Assembly: GCA_050173345.1 (NCBI GenBank)
Contig: JBFXKW010000013.1
Coordinates: forward strand, 2,932 to 66,931
Source: Alphaproteobacteria bacterium
Lineage (GTDB): Bacteria; Pseudomonadota; Alphaproteobacteria; UBA828
Direction of reading: 5' to 3'
DNA: 64,000 nucleotides
The notes under the pieces are model-generated. The model searched no databases, was not told the origin of the DNA, and saw only the letters and a program-made list of their open reading frames with translations. Every line of letters begins with the position of its first letter. Within the stretch, counting starts at the first letter, position 1. Shown one piece after another: positions 32,518 through 41,729 of the stretch. A program made the translations under genes and the position numbers.

Positions 32518-33321
32518 ATGTCAGCGTTTATGCGCGTCCCCGGCCCTGCGCGGCCCGGCTTCCTGCTGTTCGCCGCGCTGGCGGTGGCTTTCGTGCTGCT
32601 GGCGCGCCCCGCGGCCGCCGAATCCGCGCCGCCGGCCGAGACCGGCGGGCGCTCTGTCGAGGAGATCGAGCGGATCGTGCGCGACTACCTGCTCGCCCAT
32701 CCCGAGCTCCTGCTCGAGGTCCAGCAGGCGCTCCAGGTGAAAATGCGCGCGCAGCAGGAGGCGCAGGACCGCGAGGCCATCGCCGAGCACGCCGCCGCGC
32801 TCTTCCTCGACCCGGAGGCGCCGGTCGGCGGCAACCCGGAGGGCAGCATCACGCTCGTCGAATTCTTCGACTATCGCTGCCCGCATTGCCGCCGGGCGCA
32901 GCCGGTGATCGAGCGGGTGATCGCGACCAACGCGGACCTCCGCATCATCTACAAGGAGCTGCCGATCCTCGGCGAGGAATCGGTGCTGGCGGCGCGCGCC
33001 GCGCTGGCCGCCCGGCCGCAGGGCCGCTATGACGCGTTCCACGCCGCGCTCATGCAGGCCGACGGGCCGTTCACCGAGGCGCGCCTCATGGAGCTCGCGG
33101 AAGCCGCCGGGCTCGACGCCGAACGGCTCGCCGAAGACATGGCGGACCCGGCCATCGAGGCGATCATCGCGGCCAACCGCCGGCTGGCCGAGCGGCTCGG
33201 CATCAACGGCACGCCCAATTTCGTCACCAGCGAGCACATCATCCGCGGCGCGCTCGGGCTCGAGCAGTTCCAGGCGCTGCTCGTCGAGCTCCGCCTCGCC
33301 CAGGCCGGGACGGCGGAGTGA
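32518..33321 (+). CDS. DsbA-family thiol:disulfide oxidoreductase
   Basis: Signal peptide, CPHC active site (FDYRCPHCRR), cis-Pro loop GTPNFV. Confidence 0.85.
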   Translation: MSAFMRVPGPARPGFLLFAALAVAFVLLARPAAAESAPPAETGGRSVEEIERIVRDYLLAHPELLLEVQQALQVKMRAQQEAQDREAIAEHAAALFLDPEAPVGGNPEGSITLVEFFDYRCPHCRRAQPVIERVIATNADLRIIYKELPILGEESVLAARAALAARPQGRYDAFHAALMQADGPFTEARLMELAEAAGLDAERLAEDMADPAIEAIIAANRRLAERLGINGTPNFVTSEHIIRGALGLEQFQALLVELRLAQAGTAE

Positions 33322-33345
33322 AGGCAATGGGTTGGTGCGGCGATC

Positions 33346-33415
33346 TCATCCTTCGACAGGCTCAGGATGAGGCCGAAAATAAGGTCCTCATGCTGAGCCC
33401 GTCGAAGCATGAGGG
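33346..33415. repeat. Family-2 palindromic repeat copy
   Basis: tcatccttcgacaggctcaggatgaggccgaaaataaggtcctcatgctgagcccgtcgaagcatgag. Confidence 0.85.
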
Positions 33416-33520
33416 CAAAAGCACGGCGGCTTTGCCGGGCCTGCCGCCGCGCCATATATTAGGGTATTCGCACCGCGGCTCATGGCTCTGAGGGCATTGC
33501 TCCAACCCATGGAGGGGCTG

Positions 33521-34030
33521 ATGCGGATCGCCAAATCTCTCGTGATCGTCCCGCTGCTCGCGCTCGGCTTCGCCTCGGCCGCAGAGGCCGCGGTCGACGT
33601 GAAGTTCGTCGAGCCCGAGCACTACACCGACCCGAACCTGCGCGGCGGCTATGGCGAGAAGGCAAGGGCGCCGGCGCTCCGCGAGATCAAGACCTATCTG
33701 GAACGGCTCGGCGAGCGCTACCTCAAGCCGAACCAGCAGCTCGAGGTCGAGGTGCTCGACATCGACCTCGCCGGCCGCCACGAGCCGTGGCGCGCCTTCA
33801 CCTACAACACCCGCATCCTGCGCGGCATCACCTGGCCGAGCATCACGCTGCGCTACAGCCTGCGCGAGAACGGCGCGCTCTTGGTGAGCGCCGAGGAGAG
33901 GGTGAGCGATCTCGCCTATCTGATGCGGCAGCCCGGCCGCTATGCGAGCCAGCCGCTCCCCTATGAGAAGGCGATGCTCGAGAGCTGGTTCCGCAACCGC
34001 TTCGAAAGGCTCCTGCCGCCGCCGGCCTGA
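33521..34030 (+). CDS. DUF3016-family exported protein
   Basis: Signal peptide, conserved ~150 aa body. Confidence 0.55.
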   Translation: MRIAKSLVIVPLLALGFASAAEAAVDVKFVEPEHYTDPNLRGGYGEKARAPALREIKTYLERLGERYLKPNQQLEVEVLDIDLAGRHEPWRAFTYNTRILRGITWPSITLRYSLRENGALLVSAEERVSDLAYLMRQPGRYASQPLPYEKAMLESWFRNRFERLLPPPA

Positions 34031-34088
34031 GCCGCCCGCCCCGGCATCATCGGCGGCCGGCGCGACCTTGGAGCAGGGGTAGGCCCTC

Positions 34089-34421
34089 TCAAGCCGTCGC
34101 TTGCCGCCTGTCGCGCGGCTTGCCCTTGAAGGGGGAGACTTTGATCTCGCCTTCCCGCTTCCGGGTCTGGGCGATGTCGTAGCTGTTTTGCATCCGCATC
34201 AGCGTATCCATCGACACGCCGAACGCCTTTTCGATCCGCAACGCCATCTCCGGCGACAGATGCGCGCGCTCGTTGAGCAGCGTGGAAAGCGTCGCCCGCG
34301 TCACGCCCAGTACTTCCGCCGCACCCGTCACCGACAGGCCCAGCGGCTCGATGATTTCATGCTTGATGAAACCGCCCGGATGAGCGGGATCCTTCAAGCG
34401 GATTCCCATGTTGGCGCTCAT
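34089..34421 (-). CDS. higA: HigA-family antitoxin (XRE-type HTH), apparently orphan
   Basis: IKHEIIEPLGLSVTGAAEVLGVTRATLSTLLNERAHLSPEMALRIEKAFG is a canonical HigA/VapI HTH. No higB-like ORF fits in the 150 bp upstream. Confidence 0.8.
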   Translation of the reverse strand: MSANMGIRLKDPAHPGGFIKHEIIEPLGLSVTGAAEVLGVTRATLSTLLNERAHLSPEMALRIEKAFGVSMDTLMRMQNSYDIAQTRKREGEIKVSPFKGKPRDRRQATA

Positions 34422-34570
34422 AGCCGCCTCCTAGTAACCGGTGCCTATCGGGAAGTACCGTTCGGCGTCAAGTGACGCCATACGGTTCGAGGCAATCTGA
34501 TTCGCCGATGGCGCCGCACACCCTTCTATGAAAGGGTCGCAGCGGCGAAACGAAAACGGGGCCGGGGCGG

Positions 34571-35518
34571 ATGAGCGAACCGAACAACCTGCCGACCGGC
34601 ACGCGCATCGCGGTGATCGGGGCCGGCACCATCGGCTGCGGCTGGGCCTCGCTCTTCCTGTGCCGCGGCCATGACGTCGCGCTGAGCGACCCGGCGCCGG
34701 ATTTCCGCGGCCGCTTCGAGCGCTTCCACGAGCGGGCGCGCGACGGCCTCGGCCGCATCGGCCTCGCGACCAGGCCCGAAGGCAAGATCAGCTTTGCGAG
34801 CGATCCTGCCATAGCCTGCGACGGCGCCGCGCTCGTGCAGGAGAACGCGCCCGAGCGGCTCGACGTGAAGCGCGCGCTCTATGCCCGGATCGAGCAGGCG
34901 CTCGCGCCGGAGGCCATCGTGGCGTCGAGCACCTCCGGCCTCAAGATGAGCGAGCTGCAAGCGGGCTGCCGGCACCCCGAACGCTTCGCGGTCGGCCATC
35001 CGTTCAACCCGCCGCATCTGATCCCGCTGGTCGAGGTGGTCGGCGGCAAAGAGACATCGGAAGCGACGATCGAGCGGCTGATGGCGTTCTACGCCGGGCT
35101 CGGCAAGCGGCCGATCCGGCTCAACGCCGAGGTCGCCGGCCATCTCGCCAACCGGCTTCAAGTGGCGCTGTGGCGCGAGGCGGTGCATGCGGTGGCGAGC
35201 GGGCTTGCCAGCGTCGCCGATGTCGACGCCGCGATCGCTTATGGCCCCGGCCTGCGCTGGGCCATGATGGGGCCCAACCTGACCTTCCATCTCGCGGGCG
35301 GCGAGGGCGGCTTCCGGCACTTCCTCGAACACCTCGCACCGGCCGTGGAAGCCTGGTGGCAGGATCTCGGCACGCCGACGCTCACGCCCGAGCTGAAGCA
35401 GCGCCTGGCCGCCGGCGTCGAGGCCGAGGCCGGCAATCGTTCCATCGAAGAACTGGCGCGTCTGCGCGACGAACGCTTGCTGCAATTGCTCTCGCTGCCC
35501 GCCTCAGGCCTCCCCTAA
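34571..35518 (+). CDS. 3-hydroxyacyl-CoA dehydrogenase family protein (L-carnitine dehydrogenase-like)
   Basis: N-terminal Rossmann motif IAVIGAGTIGCGWA. Conserved 3HCDH C-terminal domain. Confidence 0.8.
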   Translation: MSEPNNLPTGTRIAVIGAGTIGCGWASLFLCRGHDVALSDPAPDFRGRFERFHERARDGLGRIGLATRPEGKISFASDPAIACDGAALVQENAPERLDVKRALYARIEQALAPEAIVASSTSGLKMSELQAGCRHPERFAVGHPFNPPHLIPLVEVVGGKETSEATIERLMAFYAGLGKRPIRLNAEVAGHLANRLQVALWREAVHAVASGLASVADVDAAIAYGPGLRWAMMGPNLTFHLAGGEGGFRHFLEHLAPAVEAWWQDLGTPTLTPELKQRLAAGVEAEAGNRSIEELARLRDERLLQLLSLPASGLP

Positions 35519-35525
35519 GGATGAC

Positions 35526-36329
35526 TCAGGGCTTGGGCGGGCGGCCGTGGGGGCCGAACTTGATCGGGCCCTTGAAGTCCATGCCGGCGACGATGTAGCC
35601 GCGGCGGAAATCCTCGATGTGCTTGCGCATCCATTGCTCGGCGCCGTCGGCATCGCGCGCGACCAGCGCCTCGTAGACATGGCGGTGCGCTTCGAGCAGG
35701 CGGAAGCGCGCGCGCGGCGAGCGCCGGTAGAGCTGGTCGGTCGCCGAGTGGAGCAGCATGGCGATCGGCTCCTCCGAGACGGCGAGGGCGCGGTTGCCGG
35801 TCGCCTGCGCGACCAGGCGGTGGAACTCGACGTCGAGCGCGACCAGCGCCTCGTCGTCATATAGCTGCTCCTCGGTGAGGCGGAGGTTCTCCTTCATCGC
35901 CGCGGCGGCCTCGGGGCGCAGCCGGCCCGCCGCGAGCCGCGCGGCATAGGGCTCCAATCCCATCAGGATCTCGAAGAGCTCGGGGAAGGTGACGCGGCCG
36001 AGACCCAGCGCGCGGCATACCGTCCAGGTCACCTCGCGCTGCTCGGGCGTGCAGATCATCAGCCGCTTGCCGCCGGCGCGGCGGATCAGCCCGGCGTTCT
36101 CCAGCGTGCGGATGCCCTCGCGGATGGTCGAGCGGTTGACGCCGAGCTGCGTCGCGAGATCGGCCTCGATCGGCAAGAGGTCGCCGGCCTTGAGGCGGCC
36201 GGCCAGGATCTCGGCCTCGATCGTCTCGGCGACGCGCCGATAGCCGGGCTTCGATTCGATGGGATCGAGGCGGATTGCCGTCGCGCCGCTCCTGTCGGGC
36301 TTGCCGAGCGCCTGGCTCATGGCACGCAT
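35526..36329 (-). CDS. GntR-family (FadR/FCD subfamily) transcriptional regulator
   Basis: HTH ...LATQLGVNRSTIREGIRTLENAGLI... plus all-helical FCD C-terminal domain. Confidence 0.85.
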   Translation of the reverse strand: MRAMSQALGKPDRSGATAIRLDPIESKPGYRRVAETIEAEILAGRLKAGDLLPIEADLATQLGVNRSTIREGIRTLENAGLIRRAGGKRLMICTPEQREVTWTVCRALGLGRVTFPELFEILMGLEPYAARLAAGRLRPEAAAAMKENLRLTEEQLYDDEALVALDVEFHRLVAQATGNRALAVSEEPIAMLLHSATDQLYRRSPRARFRLLEAHRHVYEALVARDADGAEQWMRKHIEDFRRGYIVAGMDFKGPIKFGPHGRPPKP

Positions 36330-36389
36330 TTGCCGTCACATCCTTCGCAAAGTCCACCGTGGAATGCCTCCGACGCCCTTCGGAACGAA

Positions 36390-36405
36390 CATTGTCGGAC
36401 AATAC
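36390..36405. promoter_or_regulatory. Candidate GntR/FadR-type operator cATTGTCggACAATac
   Basis: Near-perfect palindrome of the xGTx-ACx type in the divergent region between the GntR gene and the LLM monooxygenase gene. Confidence 0.4.
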
Positions 36406-36528
36406 AATAATGGGCTTGTCATCCTTTCGGTTCAATGCTACCGATGGGCTTGACCGCAGCGCGCAAGAGCAAGAAGAGGCGCGCCCGCCCGTGTGGGCGC
36501 CGGTCGGCAGGGGAGGCGTACCAGGACC

Positions 36529-37623
36529 ATGAAGCTCGGCCTCTTCATGATGCCGAACCATCCACCGCATCGAAGCTATGCGGAGGCGCATTTCCATGAC
36601 CTCGAGACGCTGGTCTATGCCGACCAGCTCGGCCTGCAGGAGGCCTGGGTCGGCGAGCATTTTACCTGCCGGCGCGAGCCGCTGCCCTGCCCGGACATCC
36701 TGATCGCGCAGGCGCTACTACAGACCAAGCAGATCAGGCTCGGCGCCGGCGCGTTCCTCCTGCCCTACCATGTGCCGGCCGAGCTCGCGCACCGCGTCTG
36801 CTGGCTCGACCACATCTCGGGCGGGCGCTTCATGGTGGGCATCGGGGCAGGCGGCCTGCCGACCGATTGCGAGCTGTTCGGCGTCGACGGCGCCTCCGGC
36901 GAGAACCGCGACATGATGGTCGAGGCGTTCGACCTGATGGTGCGGTTCTGGACCAGCGAGCAGCCCTTCACGCATCGCGGCAAGCACTACAAGGGCGGGC
37001 GCACCGGCGGCCTGCCGGATTACGGGCTCGCCTTCCACATGTCGCCCTTCACCAAGCCCTATCCCAAGATCGCGATCGCAGGCCTCAGCGAATCGTCGCC
37101 GACGCTGCGCTTCGCAGGGCTCCGCGGCTTCATCCCGATGAGCCTGGCCTGGAGCCCGGATTACTTGCGCTCGCACTGGGAAGCCTATGTCGAGGGCGCG
37201 GACGCGGTGGGCAAGCCGGTCGACCGCAAGGAATGGCGGGTCGGCTGCGAGATCTATGTGGCGGAGACCGACGCCGAGGCGCGCCGGCGCATCGTCGAGG
37301 GCTCGGTCGGCGAGAGCTGGCGCGAATACATGCTGCCGCTGCTCGGCCGGCTCAACTTCCTCGGCGCCTGCAAGCACGACCAGAGCGTGCCGGATTCCGA
37401 CGTCACGGTGGAATACCTGGCCGACAACGTGTGGATCGTCGGCAGCCCGCAGACCGTGATCGAGAAGCTCGGGCGGCTGCGCGACAGGGTGGGCGCGTTC
37501 GGCTGCCTGCTCCAGGTCGTCTACGACCATATCGACGAGCTGACGCCCTATCGCGAATCGATCGCCGCCCTGCAGCGCGAGGTGCTGCCGGCGTTCGGCG
37601 ACATGGAAATCGCGGCGCAATAG
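36529..37623 (+). CDS. LLM-class (luciferase-like) flavin-dependent oxidoreductase
   Basis: MKLGLFMMPNHPP... TIM-barrel LLM signatures. Confidence 0.8.
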   Translation: MKLGLFMMPNHPPHRSYAEAHFHDLETLVYADQLGLQEAWVGEHFTCRREPLPCPDILIAQALLQTKQIRLGAGAFLLPYHVPAELAHRVCWLDHISGGRFMVGIGAGGLPTDCELFGVDGASGENRDMMVEAFDLMVRFWTSEQPFTHRGKHYKGGRTGGLPDYGLAFHMSPFTKPYPKIAIAGLSESSPTLRFAGLRGFIPMSLAWSPDYLRSHWEAYVEGADAVGKPVDRKEWRVGCEIYVAETDAEARRRIVEGSVGESWREYMLPLLGRLNFLGACKHDQSVPDSDVTVEYLADNVWIVGSPQTVIEKLGRLRDRVGAFGCLLQVVYDHIDELTPYRESIAALQREVLPAFGDMEIAAQ

Positions 37624-37696
37624 GCGCCGCGCGAGCCCCGGCGCGATGGCGGCCGGCGGCCAAGTGACGAAGCGGCAAGAACAGGGGAGGAATGTC

Positions 37697-39319
37697 ATGT
37701 CGCGCAAGCAGAACGGCAAGGCCCGATCGGGCTCGATCACGCGGCGCTCGGTGCTCGCCGCCGGCGGCGCAGGCGCGGCCGCGCTCACGCTGACAAGCCC
37801 GTGGGGCATCGGCCCGCGATTCGGGACGCGCCCGGCCTGGGCGGCCGACCTCGCGCCCGGCATGACCGGCGGCCCGACCGGCTTTCCGGGCGCCGAACGC
37901 TACCAATACAACGCCGAGATGTCGGAAGGCCGCGCGGTCGAGGCCGCCAAGAAGCTGAAGGCGGACGGCAAGGCGCCGGCGAAGCTGACCGTGCTGATGG
38001 TCGCCTCGTGCGTGCCGCAGTTCATCAAGCCGCTGCCGGCCGGCGGCGAATCGGTGAAAGAGACCTGGGAGCGCGAAACCGGCATCCCGGTCGACTTCGT
38101 GGGCATCGAGGCCGGCGAGATCTGGAAGAAGGTGCTGCAGGAGATCACGACCGGCAGCGGCTCGTTCGACCTCTATAGCCACTCCTGGAACAATATCGGC
38201 GACCTGGTGAGCGCGGGCGGCGCCTACAACCTCGACGAGCTGGTCGCCAAGTATCAGCCCGACTGGGGCGACAAGGAGCGTGGCACGCCGACCCCCGAGA
38301 TCGAGCAGCTGCTCTACAAATATAACGGCTCCTATTACGTCGCCTCGATCGACGGCGACTTCGTGACCTGGCAGGTGCGCCGCGACCTGCTCGAGGATGC
38401 CACCCACCGCGCGAACTTCGAGGCGAAGTTCGGCTATGCCATCCCCGACGAGCCGCAGACCTGGGCCGAGGTGGACAACCTCTGCGAATACTTCCACAGC
38501 CAGGGCATCGGCCACGCCAATCTGCTCGGCCCCTTCTGGGGGCTCTCCAACTTCTATGCGCGCTTCGCCGCGCAGAAGGCGCCGAACAACCACTGGCTCG
38601 ACGGCGACGGCAACCCGACACTGGCGACGCCCGAAGGCATCAAGGCCGCGCAGGAGCATATCGCGAGCCTGAAATGGACCTCGCCCGACAACCTGACCTG
38701 GGGCTGGTCGGAGCAGTACGGCGCGATGGCCAACCTCAAGGCCTCGATGGCGATGACCTATACCAACATGGCGTCGATCAACGACAAGATGGTGGACGGC
38801 GCGCCCTCGACGCCGCTCACCGGCAAGCTGACCGGCTGGAAGCCGGTCGGCACCAAGATCGGCGATTCGTTCATCCGCCGCTCGGTGATCTACTACAACG
38901 TGACCGCCTCGGTCGCGGCCAAGAGCGCGGCGCCGGAGGCGGCCTATCTGTTCCTCCAGTACATCAGCTCGACGCGCACCTTCACGCGCATCTGCGGCAA
39001 CCCGGTCGGCGGCTGCGACCCGTTCCAGCTCGCCAACTTCGCCGATCCCTATGTCGAGGAGAACAACCACGCCTACATGCTGACGCCGATCCGCGAGACC
39101 ATCCGGCGCGCCTGCCCGACCATCAACTTCGCCGGCCAGGCCGCGATGGACAATGCGCTCGACGAGAATTTGCAGGCCGCGCTGACCGGCGACCTCAGCG
39201 CCGAGGACGCGCTGAAGCGCACCGAGGAGGCCTGGAAGAAGCTGATCGGGCGGCGCGAGGACGAAGCGGTCGCCGCGATCCGCGCCGGCCTCGCCGCCTG
39301 GCCGACCATCGTCGACTAG
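37697..39319 (+). CDS. ABC transporter substrate-binding protein (family 1) with Tat-type signal peptide
   Basis: RRSVLAAGGAGAAALTL twin-arginine motif, 540 aa SBP. Confidence 0.8.
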   Translation: MSRKQNGKARSGSITRRSVLAAGGAGAAALTLTSPWGIGPRFGTRPAWAADLAPGMTGGPTGFPGAERYQYNAEMSEGRAVEAAKKLKADGKAPAKLTVLMVASCVPQFIKPLPAGGESVKETWERETGIPVDFVGIEAGEIWKKVLQEITTGSGSFDLYSHSWNNIGDLVSAGGAYNLDELVAKYQPDWGDKERGTPTPEIEQLLYKYNGSYYVASIDGDFVTWQVRRDLLEDATHRANFEAKFGYAIPDEPQTWAEVDNLCEYFHSQGIGHANLLGPFWGLSNFYARFAAQKAPNNHWLDGDGNPTLATPEGIKAAQEHIASLKWTSPDNLTWGWSEQYGAMANLKASMAMTYTNMASINDKMVDGAPSTPLTGKLTGWKPVGTKIGDSFIRRSVIYYNVTASVAAKSAAPEAAYLFLQYISSTRTFTRICGNPVGGCDPFQLANFADPYVEENNHAYMLTPIRETIRRACPTINFAGQAAMDNALDENLQAALTGDLSAEDALKRTEEAWKKLIGRREDEAVAAIRAGLAAWPTIVD

Positions 39320-39329
39320 CATCGCGAAA

Positions 39330-39357
39330 CCCTCTCCGCCCCCGAGGGCGGAGAGGG
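39330..39357. repeat. Perfect 12-bp-stem hairpin CCCTCTCCGCCC ccga GGGCGGAGAGGG (REP-like / possible terminator lacking a U-tract)
   Basis: Immediately 3' of the SBP stop. Confidence 0.7.
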
Positions 39358-39420
39358 GATACGCCGGTCAGGTTGAGGCGATCTGATCGGACCGTGCTTT
39401 AGGCGAGTGGCTGGATCGTC

Positions 39421-40278
39421 ATGCTGAGTTTGCGGCCCGCGCGACATCTCTTGCTGCTGCTCGGCCTCGTTGTCGCGCTCTTCCCGATCGCCTGGATGGC
39501 GAGCATGGCGTTCAAGCCGATGCCGGAATGGACGCCGGCGGCGGGCGAGGTGAGCTGGCTGCCGCGCGAGCCGACCATCGGCAACTTTCAATACATCTTC
39601 ACCGGCACCGCGCACGACTATCCACAATCGACCGCGATGGAGAGCTCGGCCTGGCAGCCGATCATCGCCAGCCTGCTGATCTCGACCATCGGCACCTTGA
39701 TCGCGACCGCGGTCGGCACCGCGGCGGCCTATGGCTTCTCGCGCTTCAAGCGCGGCCGCAACCTGCCCTTCGGCCTGATCCAGCTTCGGCTCTTCCCGCC
39801 GCTCGCCGTGATCATCCCGGTGATGATCATGTGGGCCTATCTGAACCTGATCGACACCTGGTGGGGCCTCTCCCTGATCTACGGGATCGTCACCCTGCCG
39901 TTCGCCTTCTGGCTGATGCTGACCTTCTTCGACGACGTGCCGATCGAGCTCGAGGAGGCGGCGCTGATCGAAGGCTCGAGCGCGGCGCGGCTGTTCTTCC
40001 GCGTCACGCTGCCGCTGGTCAAGCCGGCGCTCGCGACCACGCTGCTCTTCGTCTTCATCCTCAACTGGTCGGACTATGTGCTCGCGCTCATGCTGACGCG
40101 GCGCGACTGGATCACCATCCCGGTGTTCCTCAACGAGCTCAACTCGGCGCAGACCGGCCAGCTCTACGGCGCCAAGGCCGCGCTCGGCCTGATCGCGATC
40201 ATCCCGCCGATGATCCTCGGCCTCCTGATCCAGCGCCATTTGGTGCGCGGCCTCACCTTCGGCGCGCTCAAGCAATGA
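39421..40278 (+). CDS. ABC transporter permease (MalG-like)
   Basis: EAA loop (EEAALIEGSSAARLFFRVTLP), 6 TM helices. Confidence 0.85.
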   Translation: MLSLRPARHLLLLLGLVVALFPIAWMASMAFKPMPEWTPAAGEVSWLPREPTIGNFQYIFTGTAHDYPQSTAMESSAWQPIIASLLISTIGTLIATAVGTAAAYGFSRFKRGRNLPFGLIQLRLFPPLAVIIPVMIMWAYLNLIDTWWGLSLIYGIVTLPFAFWLMLTFFDDVPIELEEAALIEGSSAARLFFRVTLPLVKPALATTLLFVFILNWSDYVLALMLTRRDWITIPVFLNELNSAQTGQLYGAKAALGLIAIIPPMILGLLIQRHLVRGLTFGALKQ

Positions 40279-41261
40279 CCACGGCAGACACCAGGCCGGG
40301 CGCCCTGCGGCCGCCTTTCGATACAAGGCTCGCCGAGGCGCTCGGCGCGGGCCGTGCGCGGCGCGTCGGCGCACTCTCGACGCTGCCGGCCCAGCTCCTG
40401 CTCATCTTCATCTTCGCGTTCCCGACCGTGGTCACGATCTATATCAGCCTGACCTCGTGGACGCCGCTCGACGGGGTGAGCTGGGTCGAGGCGCACCGCT
40501 TCTGGGCCTGGTTCGACAACTATGCCGGCGTGTTCCAGGACGGCCGGCTCGGCGGCGCTATCGCGCGCACGCTGCTCATGGTGGCGATCGCGGTCGCGGC
40601 CGAGTTCCTGCTCGGCTTCGGCCTCGCGCTCCTCTTCATCGACCGCTTCGCGGGCCGCGCCGTCTACTACTCGCTGTTCCTGCTGCCGATGATGGTGGTG
40701 CCCGCGGTCTCGGGCTACATGTTCCTGATCCTGTTCCAGAGCACCGGGCCCATCAACCAGTTCATCAGCCTGTTCACGCCGGGCGATTTCGAGATGGTCT
40801 GGTTCACCGACAAGACGACCGCGTTCATCGCGGTGGTCGCCGCCGACATCTGGCAGTGGACGCCGATGATGTTCCTCATCCTGCTCGCCGGCCTGATCGG
40901 CGTGCCGGAGGATCAGATCAAGGCGGCGCGGCTGCTCGGCGCGAGCGCGCGCCAGATCCTCTGGCGCATCTCGCTGCCGCGTATCCGTACCGTGATCGCG
41001 ATCGCGATCGGCATCCGCTTCATCGAGGCGCTCAAGCTGTTCGACGTCATGTACATCATGACCAAGGGCGGCCCCGGCGTCGCGACCGAGACGCTCTCGC
41101 TCTACATCTACAAGCGCACCTATGGCGACCTCGAATGGGCCTATGTGGCGGCGCTCGGCCTCACCATCGTGATCGTCATGTCGGCGCTCGGCGTGCTGGT
41201 GTTCGCGCTGGTGCGGCGCTATGCACGCCGCCGCCTCGCCGCGGCACCCGGCGCTTCCTGA
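40275..41261 (+). CDS. ABC transporter permease (MalF-like)
   Basis: EAA loop (KAARLLGASARQILWRISLP), 6 TM helices. No ATPase gene adjacent. Confidence 0.85.
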   Translation: MTTADTRPGALRPPFDTRLAEALGAGRARRVGALSTLPAQLLLIFIFAFPTVVTIYISLTSWTPLDGVSWVEAHRFWAWFDNYAGVFQDGRLGGAIARTLLMVAIAVAAEFLLGFGLALLFIDRFAGRAVYYSLFLLPMMVVPAVSGYMFLILFQSTGPINQFISLFTPGDFEMVWFTDKTTAFIAVVAADIWQWTPMMFLILLAGLIGVPEDQIKAARLLGASARQILWRISLPRIRTVIAIAIGIRFIEALKLFDVMYIMTKGGPGVATETLSLYIYKRTYGDLEWAYVAALGLTIVIVMSALGVLVFALVRRYARRRLAAAPGAS

Positions 41262-41285
41262 TTGACGATCAACGGGAGAGGCGCG

Positions 41286-41723
41286 TCAGCGCTTCAGGCC
41301 GGCATCGAGCCCGACCAGCACGACCTTGAGATAGCCGGCGGCGACCAGCGCGTTCATGGTCTGCATCAGGTCGCCATAGCCGATCGAGCGGTCGGCGCGC
41401 AGGAAGATGCGCGTCTCCTTGTCGCTGCCCGAGAGCTGGTCGAGCGTGGCCGCCAGCCCCTCGTGCGTCACCGGCTGGTCACCCACCGCCAACGTCAGGT
41501 CGGCCTTCACGGTCAGGAAGATCGGCTTGTCGGGGCGCGGCTGCTGCTGTGCCGCGGATTCCGGCAGGTCGACCAGGATGTCGACGGTCGCGAGCGGCGC
41601 CGCCACCATGAAGATGATCAGGAGGACCAGGATGACGTCGATGAATGGTGTGACGTTGATCTCATGGGCTTCGGAGAGATCGTCGTCATCCCCCGAGCGG
41701 CCGCCGCCGAGCTTGACCGCCAT
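41286..41723 (-). CDS. exbD: Biopolymer transport protein ExbD/TolR
   Basis: INVTPFIDVILVLLIIFMV single-TM ExbD signature. Confidence 0.9.
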   Translation of the reverse strand: MAVKLGGGRSGDDDDLSEAHEINVTPFIDVILVLLIIFMVAAPLATVDILVDLPESAAQQQPRPDKPIFLTVKADLTLAVGDQPVTHEGLAATLDQLSGSDKETRIFLRADRSIGYGDLMQTMNALVAAGYLKVVLVGLDAGLKR

Positions 41724-41729
41724 GCGCGC

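Noticed and set aside
34468-34812. 114-aa minus ORF upstream of higA, considered as a candidate HigB
   Set aside because: No RelE/HigB-like motifs. It is antisense to the well-supported 3-hydroxyacyl-CoA dehydrogenase gene.
37403-39322. 639-aa minus ORF antisense to the solute-binding protein gene
   Set aside because: High-GC artefact. The plus frame encodes a convincing Tat-signal SBP.
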